A DNA stretch of 64,000 bases, taken from NCBI GenBank assembly GCA_046292385.1, contig JBKBRF010000013.1, forward strand, positions 64,001 to 128,000, in the 5' to 3' direction. Under the pieces are notes generated by a model, which was given only the letters and a program-made list of their open reading frames with translations, did no database searches and was not told the DNA's origin. Position 1 is the stretch's first letter; every line of letters begins with the position of its first letter. The translations under genes were made by a program, and so were the position numbers. Shown here piece by piece: positions 1 through 9,543 of this stretch. Source of the stretch: Armatimonadota bacterium (GTDB taxonomy: Bacteria; Armatimonadota; SYMT01).

Positions 1-1564
1 TCACCTCCATCTCCTTGCCGAGGAGGTGCATGTGCGGGGTGATCGAGATGAGCTGCACGTCCCACGGCACCGTCAGCGTCTGCTCCAGCTTCCAGCGCTT
101 TTCGCCGGGCGGGATGTGGATCGCCAGGTTCGTGAGCGGGAAGACCCGCAGGCGCTTCTCCACCGGCTCCTTCGCGAAGTAGAGACCGACCCGCGTGCGG
201 TCTTTCTCCACCTTGCCGGTCTTGTGGTAGTGGACCTGCATCACCAGGTCGGAGTTGGCCGGGAGCGGCATGCCGACTCCCTTGGGAAGGTAGCGGGCGA
301 AGTTGCCCGGCGCCCAACCGCCGAGGCTGCCGCTCGGGAGGATGCCGATCCCGCCCGGCCCGGAGTTGTAGCCAGGGAGCGGGTCCTTCTCGTCGAGCCG
401 GCGCGCGGCGCCGCCGGTGTCGAGGAAGTTCAGAACGTGGTGGACCACCCGCGCGTTGCCGGGGCGGATATCGACCGCCACCACCTGCTTGTCTTCCTTG
501 AGCCCCGTGGGGATCACGAAGCAGCGGAAATCGTCCTCACCGTTGGCGCCGACGGTGTACTCCTCCGGCATCTCCAGCACCAGGTCCGGCGTGCCGAGGC
601 TCCACTCGTCCTTCCACTCCTTCGGCGCGGGTGCGTCCTTCGGATTGCCGGCCGGCGCCCCGGCGTCGGCCCAGCGGGCGAGGGTGGCGATCTGCTCGTC
701 CGTCAGGCGGCGGGCGTCGAGGAAGTCGCCGTGCCCCGGCGCCGCCTGCCACGGGGGCATCTGGCGGCTCTGTGAGAAGCTCTTGATCTCCGCGGCCCAG
801 CTGCGGGCGTCCTGGTAGCTGGAAAGGGAGAACGGCGCGACCTGGCCGGGGCGGTGACAGCCCTGGCAGCTCTCCTGGATGATCGGCGCGACGTCCCGGT
901 AGTAAGTCACCTGCTTCGCGGCGGCCGTCTGGTAGTCGCGCGGGATCGCGCAGCCATAGGCGGTGGTGACCGGGGTCTCGACCGGCTTCTTCGCCAGGAC
1001 CGCCTCGATCGCGTTCTTCAGGTCGTGGGAGCGCACGTGCCGCCGCTTCTGCGTGCGGCTGGCGTAGGCGTCGTTGACCCGGCCGCGGTAGCGCACCACG
1101 CGGCTGGAGTCGAGGACGAAGACTTCCGGGGTGACGCGCGCGTCGAGCGTCCGCGCCAGCTTCTGCTCCGGGTCCTTCAGGACGGGGAAGCCGAGCGCGT
1201 ATTCCTTAGCGTGCTTGGCTACGGCCGCGACACTCTCGTACGGCAGCGCGTTCACGCCGAGGAACTGCACTCCCTTCGGCGCGTACTGCGCGGCAAGCTG
1301 CGTGAGCGGCTGGGAGTAGTCGTTGCTAATGGGGCACTCGGTCCCGGTGAAGACGAGCACCAGCACCTGCTTCTGCGCGAAGTCACGCAGGCTCCGCTCG
1401 CCGCCGGAGGGGTCCTCCAGGCGGAAGTCGGTGACTCTCATCCCCGCCTTCGGAGCGCCGGTCGCCTTCCCCGGCGCGGCCGCCATGGCCGTAATCCCGA
1501 GGCCCGCCACGCTCGCCGCCAGGAGCGCGCCGCCGGCCGCCCGTCGCCAACCTGCACTCGCCAT
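1..1564 (-). CDS. Secreted redoxin (AhpC/TSA-like) + c-type heme (CxxCH) + copper type II ascorbate-dependent monooxygenase-like fusion protein; 3' end runs off the window
   Basis: Read by hand; it is missing from the ORF track because there is no stop in the window. GGAGG precedes the ATG at 1564. Signal peptide, then 'VLVFTGTECPISNDY', 'VAPIIQESCQGCHRPG' and 'VVHH', with 'SITPHMHLLGKEMEV' at the window edge. Confidence 0.8.
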   Translation of the reverse strand, partial: MASAGWRRAAGGALLAASVAGLGITAMAAAPGKATGAPKAGMRVTDFRLEDPSGGERSLRDFAQKQVLVLVFTGTECPISNDYSQPLTQLAAQYAPKGVQFLGVNALPYESVAAVAKHAKEYALGFPVLKDPEQKLARTLDARVTPEVFVLDSSRVVRYRGRVNDAYASRTQKRRHVRSHDLKNAIEAVLAKKPVETPVTTAYGCAIPRDYQTAAAKQVTYYRDVAPIIQESCQGCHRPGQVAPFSLSSYQDARSWAAEIKSFSQSRQMPPWQAAPGHGDFLDARRLTDEQIATLARWADAGAPAGNPKDAPAPKEWKDEWSLGTPDLVLEMPEEYTVGANGEDDFRCFVIPTGLKEDKQVVAVDIRPGNARVVHHVLNFLDTGGAARRLDEKDPLPGYNSGPGGIGILPSGSLGGWAPGNFARYLPKGVGMPLPANSDLVMQVHYHKTGKVEKDRTRVGLYFAKEPVEKRLRVFPLTNLAIHIPPGEKRWKLEQTLTVPWDVQLISITPHMHLLGKEMEV

Positions 1565-1723
1565 TCACGCCTCCGCTCGCCGCCGTCGTACCGCTTCCAG
1601 AACCAGTATAGCCCGCAGCCGGCCACAAGAACGCCGCGGCCGCCGCCACTGTTCCAGACGGAATCGTGGGCCAAGCATTCCGAACTTGCCCGGTGCTTTC
1701 GCGCAGGAAGTGGCGCTCGGAGC

Positions 1724-2737
1724 TCAGTCGAGCTGCCCTTCGTCCCGGTAGGGTCGGGACATCAGGTATTCGACCGCTTCCGCGACGGCCCGGCCCTCGA
1801 AGAGCACGCGGTAGAGCTCGCTCAGGATCGGCACTTCCACCCCCAGCTCGCTCGCCAGGCGGCAGGCCGCCTCGGTGGTCGGCACCCCTTCCGCGGTCTG
1901 GTGCACCTCGTCCTGCGCCTGCCGCAGGCTCTCTCCCTGCCCGAGTGCGAAGCCGACCCGGTAGTTCCGGCTGAGGGGACTCGCGGCCGTCGCGATCAGG
2001 TCGCCCAGGCCGGAGAGGCCGCTGAACGTCTCCGCGCGGGCACCGGCCGCAACACCCAGCCGGGTCATCTCCGCCAGGCCGCGAGTGAGGAGGCTCGCCT
2101 TCGTGTTGTTACCAAAGCCGAGCCCGTCGCAGATGCCGGACGCGATGGCGATCGGGTTCTTCAGCGCGCCGCCCAGCTCCACGCCGGTCACGTCGCGGTT
2201 GGTGTAGACGCGGAAGAGCGAGGTGGAGAAGAGCTCCTGCAGCCCGCGGGCGAGCGCGGAGTCCTCCGTGGCGATGACGGAGGCGCTCGGAATCCCACGG
2301 ACGATCTCGCCGGAGAGATTGGGACCGGAGAGCACCGCCACCCGTCCGGCCTTCGCCGCTCCCAGCACCTCTTCAGAGACCAGCGAGAGCCGCCGGCCAG
2401 TCCCTCGCTCCAGCCCCTTCGCGGCGAGGACGATCCCGCCGGAGGGGGGAAGCTGCTCCCGGCAGCGGCCGAGCAGCTCGCGGACCGCCTGCGCGGGCAC
2501 CGCCAGCACGACCGTTTCCGCCCCCTCCAGCGCGCCGCGGAGCTCGGCAGTGGCGCGGAGCGGCTCCGGGAGCCGGAGATCCGGCAGGTACCGCCGGTTC
2601 ACACGGCTTGCCTGCACCTCCTCGGCGTGGGCCGCATCGCGGAGCCAGAGCCGTACCGGGATACCCTGACCCGAGAGCAGCCAGGCGAGCGCCGTCCCCC
2701 AGCTTCCTCCCCCGAGAACCGCCACCGGCGCGCTCAT
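1724..2737 (-). CDS. gpsA: NAD(P)H-dependent glycerol-3-phosphate dehydrogenase
   Basis: 'VAVLGGGSWGTALA', 'LSGPNL', 'GVELGGALKNPIAIASG', 'GLGDLIATA..SRNYRVG', 'AEGVPT'. Start reassigned to the ATG at 2737. Confidence 0.95.
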   Translation of the reverse strand: MSAPVAVLGGGSWGTALAWLLSGQGIPVRLWLRDAAHAEEVQASRVNRRYLPDLRLPEPLRATAELRGALEGAETVVLAVPAQAVRELLGRCREQLPPSGGIVLAAKGLERGTGRRLSLVSEEVLGAAKAGRVAVLSGPNLSGEIVRGIPSASVIATEDSALARGLQELFSTSLFRVYTNRDVTGVELGGALKNPIAIASGICDGLGFGNNTKASLLTRGLAEMTRLGVAAGARAETFSGLSGLGDLIATAASPLSRNYRVGFALGQGESLRQAQDEVHQTAEGVPTTEAACRLASELGVEVPILSELYRVLFEGRAVAEAVEYLMSRPYRDEGQLD

Positions 2738-2775
2738 CGCAGTACCTCTTCCACTGGCCGACGGGTGAACGGAGG

Positions 2776-3825
2776 TCAGGACTGCCGCCCGAGGGCGTAC
2801 CGCGCGATGTCCCGGATCGCGTCGCCGTAGGCGCCTTCCGGCCGGGCCCGCTCCAGCGAGGAGAGGGCCGCGTCGGTGTGCTCCCGCACCCGCTCGGCGA
2901 CCGACGCCTGCGTGCCGAGGCTCTCCATCAGCGACAGCGTGGTCTCCACGTCCCGCTCGCGGAGCGCAGTCCGGAGACGCTGCCCCTCGGGGGTCTGCTC
3001 CGGAGCGGCGGTGAGCGCGTCGACCACCGGCAGGCTGCGCTTGCCCTGGATCAGGTCGCTCGCGACCGGCTTCCCGGTGAGGGCCGGGTCCCCCCAGATG
3101 CCGAGGAAGTCGTCGCGGCACTGGAAGGCGAGCCCGAAGCTGTAGCCGAACCGGGCGAGCGCCTCCACCCGCTCCGTCTCGTCGGTCCCGAGCATGGCGC
3201 CGACCCGCAGCGCGCCCTCCAGCAGCGCCGCGGTCTTGCCGCCGGTCATCCGGAAGTAGCGCTCCAGGGAGATGCCGTGCGTGTCCTCCGCCGCCATGTC
3301 GAGGAACTGCCCCTCGGTCATCAGCAGGACCGCCTGGTTCGCCGCGTGGAGCGCCTGCACTACCCGCTCCGGACCGTAGTGTGCGGTGAGCCGCAGCAGC
3401 GCGGAGTCGACCAGCGCCTGCATGTTGGAGCCGGTGTTGATCGCCTGCGGAATCCCCCAGAGCTTCCACACGGTCGGCCGGTGGCGGCGCGACTCATCGT
3501 TGTCTTCCACGTCGTCGTGGACCAGCGAGAAGTTGTGCACCAGCTCGATGGCGGCCCCCGCGGCCGCGGCCGAGGGTCCGTTCCCGCCGACCGCCTCGCA
3601 AGCGAGGATCGTCAGCACCCCCCGCAGCCGCTTTCCGCCATGGCGCCGGCGCTCGCTCTCGGAGAGCGGCTGCAGCACCTCGTCGAGCCACCCGAGGTGG
3701 TAGCGGATCCACTGGTACAGCTCCAGGTCCGGGGAGGCCGAGGCGAGGGTGGCTTCGATCTCGGCATCGAGCCACGGAACGCGCTGGTCGATCAGGGCGG
3801 CAGTCGGGGCGGGAATCAGGCTCAT
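2776..3825 (-). CDS. Polyprenyl (geranylgeranyl) diphosphate synthase
   Basis: 'GGKRLRG', 'ELVHNFSLVHDDVED', 'RRHRPTVW', 'GQFLD', 'KTAAL', 'AFQCRDDFLGIWGD..TGK', 'GKRSLP'. Start is the ATG at 3825. Confidence 0.93.
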   Translation of the reverse strand: MSLIPAPTAALIDQRVPWLDAEIEATLASASPDLELYQWIRYHLGWLDEVLQPLSESERRRHGGKRLRGVLTILACEAVGGNGPSAAAAGAAIELVHNFSLVHDDVEDNDESRRHRPTVWKLWGIPQAINTGSNMQALVDSALLRLTAHYGPERVVQALHAANQAVLLMTEGQFLDMAAEDTHGISLERYFRMTGGKTAALLEGALRVGAMLGTDETERVEALARFGYSFGLAFQCRDDFLGIWGDPALTGKPVASDLIQGKRSLPVVDALTAAPEQTPEGQRLRTALRERDVETTLSLMESLGTQASVAERVREHTDAALSSLERARPEGAYGDAIRDIARYALGRQS

Positions 3826-4016
3826 GTCTCGGTTCAATGGGACGGTAGGAGAGGTCCGCCTCACGTTCTGCCGGGGGCGGGGCAAGTCCTCCCGCCGGCA
3901 CGCATCCCGGCGGCAAGCCGCAGCCGCGGGCCTCCGCGCCCGGAGGAATCACGGTTGAGCAGTGGAAACTGGGCGGTAACCCAAGTAGGGCGGGAGACGG
4001 GGCGCAGGGGGCAACG

Positions 4017-5759
4017 ATGACTCCACGTGAAGCAGGGCTGGCCGCGCTGAAATCCGGCAATGCCGCCGAGGCAGTCCGGAGCCTGGAGGCGGCGGTGCGC
4101 CAGATCCCGACCGACGCCGCCGCGTGGGGCGGGCTGGGCGTGGCGCTCTGCCAGACCGGGCGCCCGGCCGAGGGCCTCCGCGCGCTGGAGAAGGCAATCA
4201 CCCTCTCCCCCGCGCAGGCCGGGCTGCAGTTCAACTATGGGCGCGCGCTGGAGAGCATTGGCCGCGCGCCGGACGCGCTGCGCGCCTTCAAGCGATGCCT
4301 GGAGCTCGACCCCGCCCATGCCGGCGCCCAGGCCGCGCTGCGCCGTCTGGAATCGAGCGGCGCTCCCAGGGCCGCGGCAGCGACCGCTGCGGCGCCGGCG
4401 GCCCCGCTCACCCCGCCGGCGCCGCCGGCCGGGCTGGGTGACTTCGACTTCTCCTCTCCCCCGCCGGTCGACCCGACCCGCCGGCCGCAGCCGGTCCCAC
4501 CGGCCACCGCGCCGCTGCCGCCTGCCGGGGAGGTCAGCGGCCCGGCGTGGCCTTCGCCTCCGGCCGGGTCGCCGAATGGCCCGATGGGCGCGGCGCTGCC
4601 GCCTCCGCAGCCGGTCGCCGCGCCGATGGCTCCCGCCGGCGGGTACCACGCCCCCGGGGCACCCCCGCGCCGTTCCTCCGGCGCGCCGTGGGTCTGGATC
4701 GTGGTCGGCATCCTCGGGATGGGCGCGCTGGGGGTCATCCTTCTCGCCGCCATTCTCTTCCCGGTCTTCAGCCAGGCGCGCGAGGCGGCCCGCCGCGCGA
4801 GGGAGCGCCGGATGGGAATTCCGTCCCCGCTCCCGGGCGGCGCCCCAACGGTGGGACAACCCAGCCGCGGCGAAGTGCTCTGGCCGCTCGGTGCCGGAGG
4901 CGGCGGGGTGAACCTGGCGAGCGCGGAGGGCGGGGTCGAGATCCACGACGCCCGATTCGGGGTCACGGCCCGCTTGCCGCTCGGATTCCCGCCCGCGAGC
5001 GCGACTTCCGGGATGGACGTCACGGGCGCGGGAGGGACCACCCCTCCCAGCCTCTATTCCTCCCGGGTGGGCCGGAACGAGTGCTTCCTGATCTGTCTAG
5101 GCTTCCCCGCGGAGACGGTCAACGCGATGGGACGAGACCATCTGCTGAAGACCATGAGACAAGCAGTGCTGCGGCAGGGAGCACAGGAGATGGAGAGCGG
5201 CCCCGTCTCCCACCAGGGATACACCGGGGAGGAGGTCACCTACCGTCGCGTCAGGGCCGGACAGAGCCGCACCGGGAGGGTCCGGACACTCCTCGCCTCC
5301 CCGCGGCTCTTCATCATCGGCTTCGAGGGCGCGGATGAGGGGGAGGTCAGATCCGCCGCCGCGAACGCGTTCCTCGACTCGCTCTCCATCCGCGCGGGCG
5401 TCACCCCCGCCGGCGCGACGACCCCGATCCGGATGGGGCGGCCCACCATGCCGGAGCTGTCGATGCCCTCCTTCGGCTCGATGCCGCCCACCCCCGGCTT
5501 CAGCCGCCCGGAGATCCCCCGTCCGCCGCGCTTCGAGCCACCGCAGCTCCCGGAGCCGCCTCGCTTCCAGCCACCCACTTTTGAGCGGCCGAGCTTCCCC
5601 ACCGGGCCACGCTTCGGGCCGAGCGGGCCGGACGGCAGCTTCGGCCCGGCCGGTCCGGGCGGGCCACCCGGGGGGCCACCCTTCGGTCCGGGCGGACCTC
5701 CCCACGTAGGGCCGCCGGGCTTCGGCCCGCCCGGCTTCGGCGGTGCCAACGGACCCTGA
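4017..5759 (+). CDS. TPR-repeat, proline-rich membrane protein with a central TM/pilin-like segment and a C-terminal globular domain
   Basis: About three N-terminal TPRs ('AAAWGGLGVAL', 'QFNYGRAL'), a Pro-rich linker, TM 'WVWIVVGILGMGALGVILLAAILFPVFSQAREAARR' and a Pro/Gly-rich tail. Confidence 0.7.
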   Translation: MTPREAGLAALKSGNAAEAVRSLEAAVRQIPTDAAAWGGLGVALCQTGRPAEGLRALEKAITLSPAQAGLQFNYGRALESIGRAPDALRAFKRCLELDPAHAGAQAALRRLESSGAPRAAAATAAAPAAPLTPPAPPAGLGDFDFSSPPPVDPTRRPQPVPPATAPLPPAGEVSGPAWPSPPAGSPNGPMGAALPPPQPVAAPMAPAGGYHAPGAPPRRSSGAPWVWIVVGILGMGALGVILLAAILFPVFSQAREAARRARERRMGIPSPLPGGAPTVGQPSRGEVLWPLGAGGGGVNLASAEGGVEIHDARFGVTARLPLGFPPASATSGMDVTGAGGTTPPSLYSSRVGRNECFLICLGFPAETVNAMGRDHLLKTMRQAVLRQGAQEMESGPVSHQGYTGEEVTYRRVRAGQSRTGRVRTLLASPRLFIIGFEGADEGEVRSAAANAFLDSLSIRAGVTPAGATTPIRMGRPTMPELSMPSFGSMPPTPGFSRPEIPRPPRFEPPQLPEPPRFQPPTFERPSFPTGPRFGPSGPDGSFGPAGPGGPPGGPPFGPGGPPHVGPPGFGPPGFGGANGP

Positions 5760-5822
5760 CAGCTCGGCCGCGCGACATCTCTCCTCTCCACTCATCCAAC
5801 TCGCACCCGTTATACTCGGGGG

Positions 5823-6764
5823 GTGAGCGGAGCAGCCCCCAAACCTGGCAAGCGGACCCTCCGGGCAGACGACGCAGCGCGCGCGGCGGCGCTCTCTCTC
5901 GGCGCTAACCTCTTCCTGGTCGCCATCAAGATCTCGGCCGGCTTCCTCTCCGGGTCGATCAGCGTGCTGGCCGAGGGCGTCCAGTCGACGATGGACGTCG
6001 TCGCCTCCGCGCTGATCCTCTTCACCGTGCGCGCGGCCGCCCAGCCGCCGGATCCGGAGCACCCGTACGGACACGGTAAGTTCGAGAATCTCGCTTCCCT
6101 GGGGCAGATGGTGCTGATCCTGGGGAGCGCGGTCTATCTGTTCGGCGCGGCCTGGGAGCGCTGGCAGGACCCGGTGCTGCCGCGGGTCGACTGGGGTGCC
6201 GGCGCCCTCACCATCGCCGTGGTAGTGAACCTGGTCGTCTCCAACCGACTGTTCCGGGTTGCTCAGCGCACCGGATCCCAGGCACTGGAGGCGGAGGCGC
6301 TCCATCTGCGCGGCGACATGCTCTCCTGCGTCGGCGTCCTCGCGGGGCTGTTCCTCGTCTGGATCACGCAGGAGCCCCGGCTCGACCCCCTGATCGCGGC
6401 GGTGATGACGGTGCTCATCGTCGTCGGCGCGGTCCGGCTCCTACGCGAGAGCCTGCGGCCGCTCCTCGACGAGAGCCTGCCCGCGGAAGAGGAAGAGATG
6501 GTCCGCGCGGTGCTCGACGAGCATCCGGAAGTGCGCGGCTACCACCGCCTGCGGACCCGCCGGGCCGGCTCGCACCGCCTGATCGACCTGCACGTGCTGC
6601 TCGACGACGACCTCACCTTCCGCCGCGCGCACGAGCTGAGCGAAGAGATCGAGGAGGCCATCCGCGCCTGCTTCCCGAACGCCGACGTCATCGTCCACGC
6701 GGAGCCGTACGAAGAAGAGCAGCGCCACCAGGAAGAGGTGCATCACCACCGCCTGTCGCGGTAG
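5823..6764 (+). CDS. Cation diffusion facilitator (FieF-like) metal transporter
   Basis: 'SGSISVLAEGVQSTMD', 'PPDPEHPYGHGKFE', 'ALHLRGD', C-terminal 'LRTRRAG..IDLHV..IVHAEP'. Confidence 0.93.
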   Translation: MSGAAPKPGKRTLRADDAARAAALSLGANLFLVAIKISAGFLSGSISVLAEGVQSTMDVVASALILFTVRAAAQPPDPEHPYGHGKFENLASLGQMVLILGSAVYLFGAAWERWQDPVLPRVDWGAGALTIAVVVNLVVSNRLFRVAQRTGSQALEAEALHLRGDMLSCVGVLAGLFLVWITQEPRLDPLIAAVMTVLIVVGAVRLLRESLRPLLDESLPAEEEEMVRAVLDEHPEVRGYHRLRTRRAGSHRLIDLHVLLDDDLTFRRAHELSEEIEEAIRACFPNADVIVHAEPYEEEQRHQEEVHHHRLSR

Positions 6765-6786
6765 CGCCGCTCGTCAGAAACGGAGA

Positions 6787-7497
6787 CTAGCGACCGCCGC
6801 GGACCTGCTCGCGCGCGCGGTCTACGCGGGCCTGCGGCGTCGGGTGCGTGCGCAGCCAGTTGAACCCGCCGCCTCCGCCGCCCTCCCGCCGCAATAGCTC
6901 CAGTAGCCGCACCAGTCCCTGCGGATCGTAGCCGGCCTGGCGCATCAGGCGGATCGCGGCGTCGTCGCTGTCGTACTCCTGGCGGCGGCTGTAGCTGAGC
7001 AGCTCCAGGTTCGCCGCGATCTGCGCCGCCGCGCCCACGTCGCCGCTGGTGGCACGGCCCAGGATCTCCGCCCCCAGGCCGAAGAGCTGGGAGCGCTCCA
7101 TCTGCCGCACCGCGTGCCGCTCTTCCACGTGCCCGATCTCATGTCCCAGCACGCCGGCGATCATGTCTTCGTCGCCGGCGATGCGCTGGAGCAGTCCCTC
7201 AAAGATGTAGATCGGCCCGCCGGGCAGCGAGATTGCGTTGACCTCGGGCGACTCGATCACCCGGAACGACCATGGCAGGTCCGGTCGCTCGCTGTAGGCC
7301 GCAAGCCGGTTCCCGATCCGGGTCAGCGTGGCATCGCCGCGGGTGCGGTACTGCCGCTCGATCGCCTGGGCCGTCTCCCGGCCCATCTGGACCTCCTCCC
7401 GTTTGCTCACGCTGCTGCCGGAGCGGCAGCTCGAGAGACCGAGGACGACGGGCAGGAGCACGAGGGCAAGCAGGTGACGACGGGGGTGACTGCGCAT
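6787..7497 (-). CDS. M48-family Zn metallopeptidase, probable lipoprotein
   Basis: Lipobox-like 'LGLSSC', 'VNAISLPGG', 'HEIGH', 'YSRRQEYDSD', 'THPTPQAR'. GGAGG RBS before the ATG at 7497. Confidence 0.9.
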   Translation of the reverse strand: MRSHPRRHLLALVLLPVVLGLSSCRSGSSVSKREEVQMGRETAQAIERQYRTRGDATLTRIGNRLAAYSERPDLPWSFRVIESPEVNAISLPGGPIYIFEGLLQRIAGDEDMIAGVLGHEIGHVEERHAVRQMERSQLFGLGAEILGRATSGDVGAAAQIAANLELLSYSRRQEYDSDDAAIRLMRQAGYDPQGLVRLLELLRREGGGGGGFNWLRTHPTPQARVDRAREQVRGGR

Positions 7498-7614
7498 CGG
7501 ATCAACCTCCTTTGGCAGGGCGAATGACGCCTGGTTTCGGAGGTAGGGTACCGCCGTTCCCCGAACGACCAAACGCGCGGCCTCCCGACAGGCGGCAGCA
7601 GTGTTTAGCGCGAG

Positions 7615-8163
7615 GTGGTAGTGCGGCAGGTGGTTTCCGGAATCGTGAGCGCGGGCCTCTTCCTCGGCGCGGCATCGGCGTTCGCGTGGTGGGGCGGCAC
7701 GCTCGGCTACCTGTTCGCCGGGACCGTGCTCCTGGTCTGGGTCTTCCGCCTCTACCCCGCGTACGCGCGCATCCGGCGCCTGCGGGCGATCCGGCTGGCG
7801 CAGGTCGATACGATGAGCGGCGACGAGTTCGAGGACTACGTCGCGCTCCTGCTGCAGCACCGGGGCTACGTGGTGGAGCGCACCGGCGGCTCCGGCGACC
7901 TCGGCGTCGACCTGGTGGCGAGCCGCCGCGGGGAGCGCTGCGCCGTACAGGTGAAGCGGAGGTCGCAGCCGGTCTCCCGCCGCGCGGTGAGCGACGCCGT
8001 GGCCGGCGCGGACCACTACGAGTGCGACACCGCGCTGGTGGTGACGAACCAGACCTTTACGCGCGGGGCCCTGGAGCTGGCCGCCTCCACCGACTGCGGC
8101 CTGGTGGGCCGGGACGAGCTCTCGGAGTGGATCGCCGCCTACGCCGGCGGACGGCGGAAGTAG
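7615..8163 (+). CDS. Membrane-anchored Mrr-like (type IV) restriction endonuclease domain protein
   Basis: Two N-terminal TM helices, then 'MSGDEFEDYV', 'GDLGVDLV', 'AVQVKR', 'VVTNQTFTRGALELA'. Confidence 0.85.
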   Translation: MVVRQVVSGIVSAGLFLGAASAFAWWGGTLGYLFAGTVLLVWVFRLYPAYARIRRLRAIRLAQVDTMSGDEFEDYVALLLQHRGYVVERTGGSGDLGVDLVASRRGERCAVQVKRRSQPVSRRAVSDAVAGADHYECDTALVVTNQTFTRGALELAASTDCGLVGRDELSEWIAAYAGGRRK

Positions 8164-8166
8164 CCG

Positions 8167-8577
8167 CTACCTGCGCCCGCGGATCAGCGCCACGATCCGG
8201 ACGGTCCGCTTTCCCCAGCGGGAGGCGAGCCGGTGCGTCTTGAAGCGCAGGTCCACCTGCCGGGAGCCGACCCCGCCGCCCACGTCGTCGACCTTGGTCC
8301 ACCCGTAGCCGGGAACGTGGATGCGGGAGCCGAGCGGCGCCACCTGGGGCCGTCCGCGGCGGGCCACCGCCGCGCCGCGCCGGCTGCGCGTGCCGGTGGC
8401 GGTCAGCCCGCGGGTCTCGCAAGTTCTGCACGGGCCCAGGCAGTAGCCGGTGGCGGTCACCCTCCGGATGACTCGCCGGATAAACTCGGTGCGGGTCTGG
8501 GCGCTCTGCGGGATCGAGAGAAAGCAAGCGGCGAGGACTACCCCGCCGAGGCGTGGGAGAAGTCTGTAGTCAACCAT
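8167..8577 (-). CDS. Secreted 3D (Asp-Asp-Asp) domain protein
   Basis: Signal peptide, 'VTATGYC', 'TATGT', 'PLGSRIHVPGYG', 'VDDVGG', 'VDL', 'WGKRTV'. Confidence 0.8.
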   Translation of the reverse strand: MVDYRLLPRLGGVVLAACFLSIPQSAQTRTEFIRRVIRRVTATGYCLGPCRTCETRGLTATGTRSRRGAAVARRGRPQVAPLGSRIHVPGYGWTKVDDVGGGVGSRQVDLRFKTHRLASRWGKRTVRIVALIRGRR

Positions 8578-8890
8578 AGGCGCAGATCATCCGGCGCTCC
8601 TGCCCGGGCGTGCCCGGATAGGCCAGTTCGGCAGCGGCTGCGGTGAAGCCGCCGGAGGGGCATGAGCGCCCGGCCAGCTCCCGGTATCCGCCGGAGCGGA
8701 ACCGCCTCACGTGCAGCCCTCCCCTCATTCCAGCCCTCCTGCCAGGCACGGAGAGAGGGGTGCTTGCCCGCCGGTCCGTCGCAACATACCCGCAAGTCGG
8801 GTCGTCTAATCCTTTCCGGCGGCGAAAAGGTGCGCCGCTGCGAACTGGCGTGCAGCGGACAACCACTAAGCCTACGAGAGGGACCAGGCG

Positions 8891-9295
8891 ATGGAGAGCG
8901 ACGCGAAAACCCGCGGCGCAGCGGGAAACACCCTGCTGCTGCTGCTCGTCGTGCTGGTGGTCGGCGCGGTCGGCTTCGGCGCTGGCTGGCTCCTGGCGCG
9001 CTCCGGCTCTGCCGTAAACGCGACCAGTCCCGCCGTCCAGGCCGCGGAGCAGGAGCGGGACGAGGCGCAGTCGCGCGCGGACGAGCTCCAGCGGGAGCGC
9101 GACCGGCTCAAGCAGCAAGTAGCGGCACTGGAGGAACGGGTGGCGCAGGCCCGCAAGGAGACCGACCGCGAGCTGATCGCCAGCTACTCGATCCTGGAGT
9201 CCGAGCGCGACCAGCTCAGAAGCCGCGTGAGCTACCTCGAGCAGCAGGTCGCCGACCTGGAGGCCCGCCTGCAAGACGCGCAGTTCTCACGCTGA
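8891..9295 (+). CDS. Hypothetical single-TM coiled-coil protein
   Basis: Hydrophobic N-terminal helix followed by a heptad-rich E/Q/R segment; GAGAGGG upstream. Confidence 0.7.
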   Translation: MESDAKTRGAAGNTLLLLLVVLVVGAVGFGAGWLLARSGSAVNATSPAVQAAEQERDEAQSRADELQRERDRLKQQVAALEERVAQARKETDRELIASYSILESERDQLRSRVSYLEQQVADLEARLQDAQFSR

Positions 9296-9398
9296 GCGCT
9301 TCGCGAGGGGGCAGCGGTGAGGGTGCAGCGTGCAGGTCTGTGCGGACGGACTGCGCCGTGCGGATGCGGTACCGGGGAAGGCGTTTTGGCCCGGGAAC

Positions 9399-9450
9399 CC
9401 GGCGGTTGAATCCGCGGCAACCACGGCACGGAGTCCGCCTTGGCGGACTG
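9399..9450. repeat. REP-like palindromic element
   Basis: Contains the hairpin AGTCCGCC-TT-GGCGGACT, with a second hairpin CGAGGTATT-TT-AATGCCTCG at 9501-9520. Lies between convergent genes. Confidence 0.5.
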
Positions 9451-9543
9451 AGAAGTCCCGGTTTGGGCGTCCAGAGGACGCATGGCCGCAGGCCGTCCAG
9501 CGAGGTATTTTAATGCCTCGCGATCCCACGGGAACCGAAGCCC

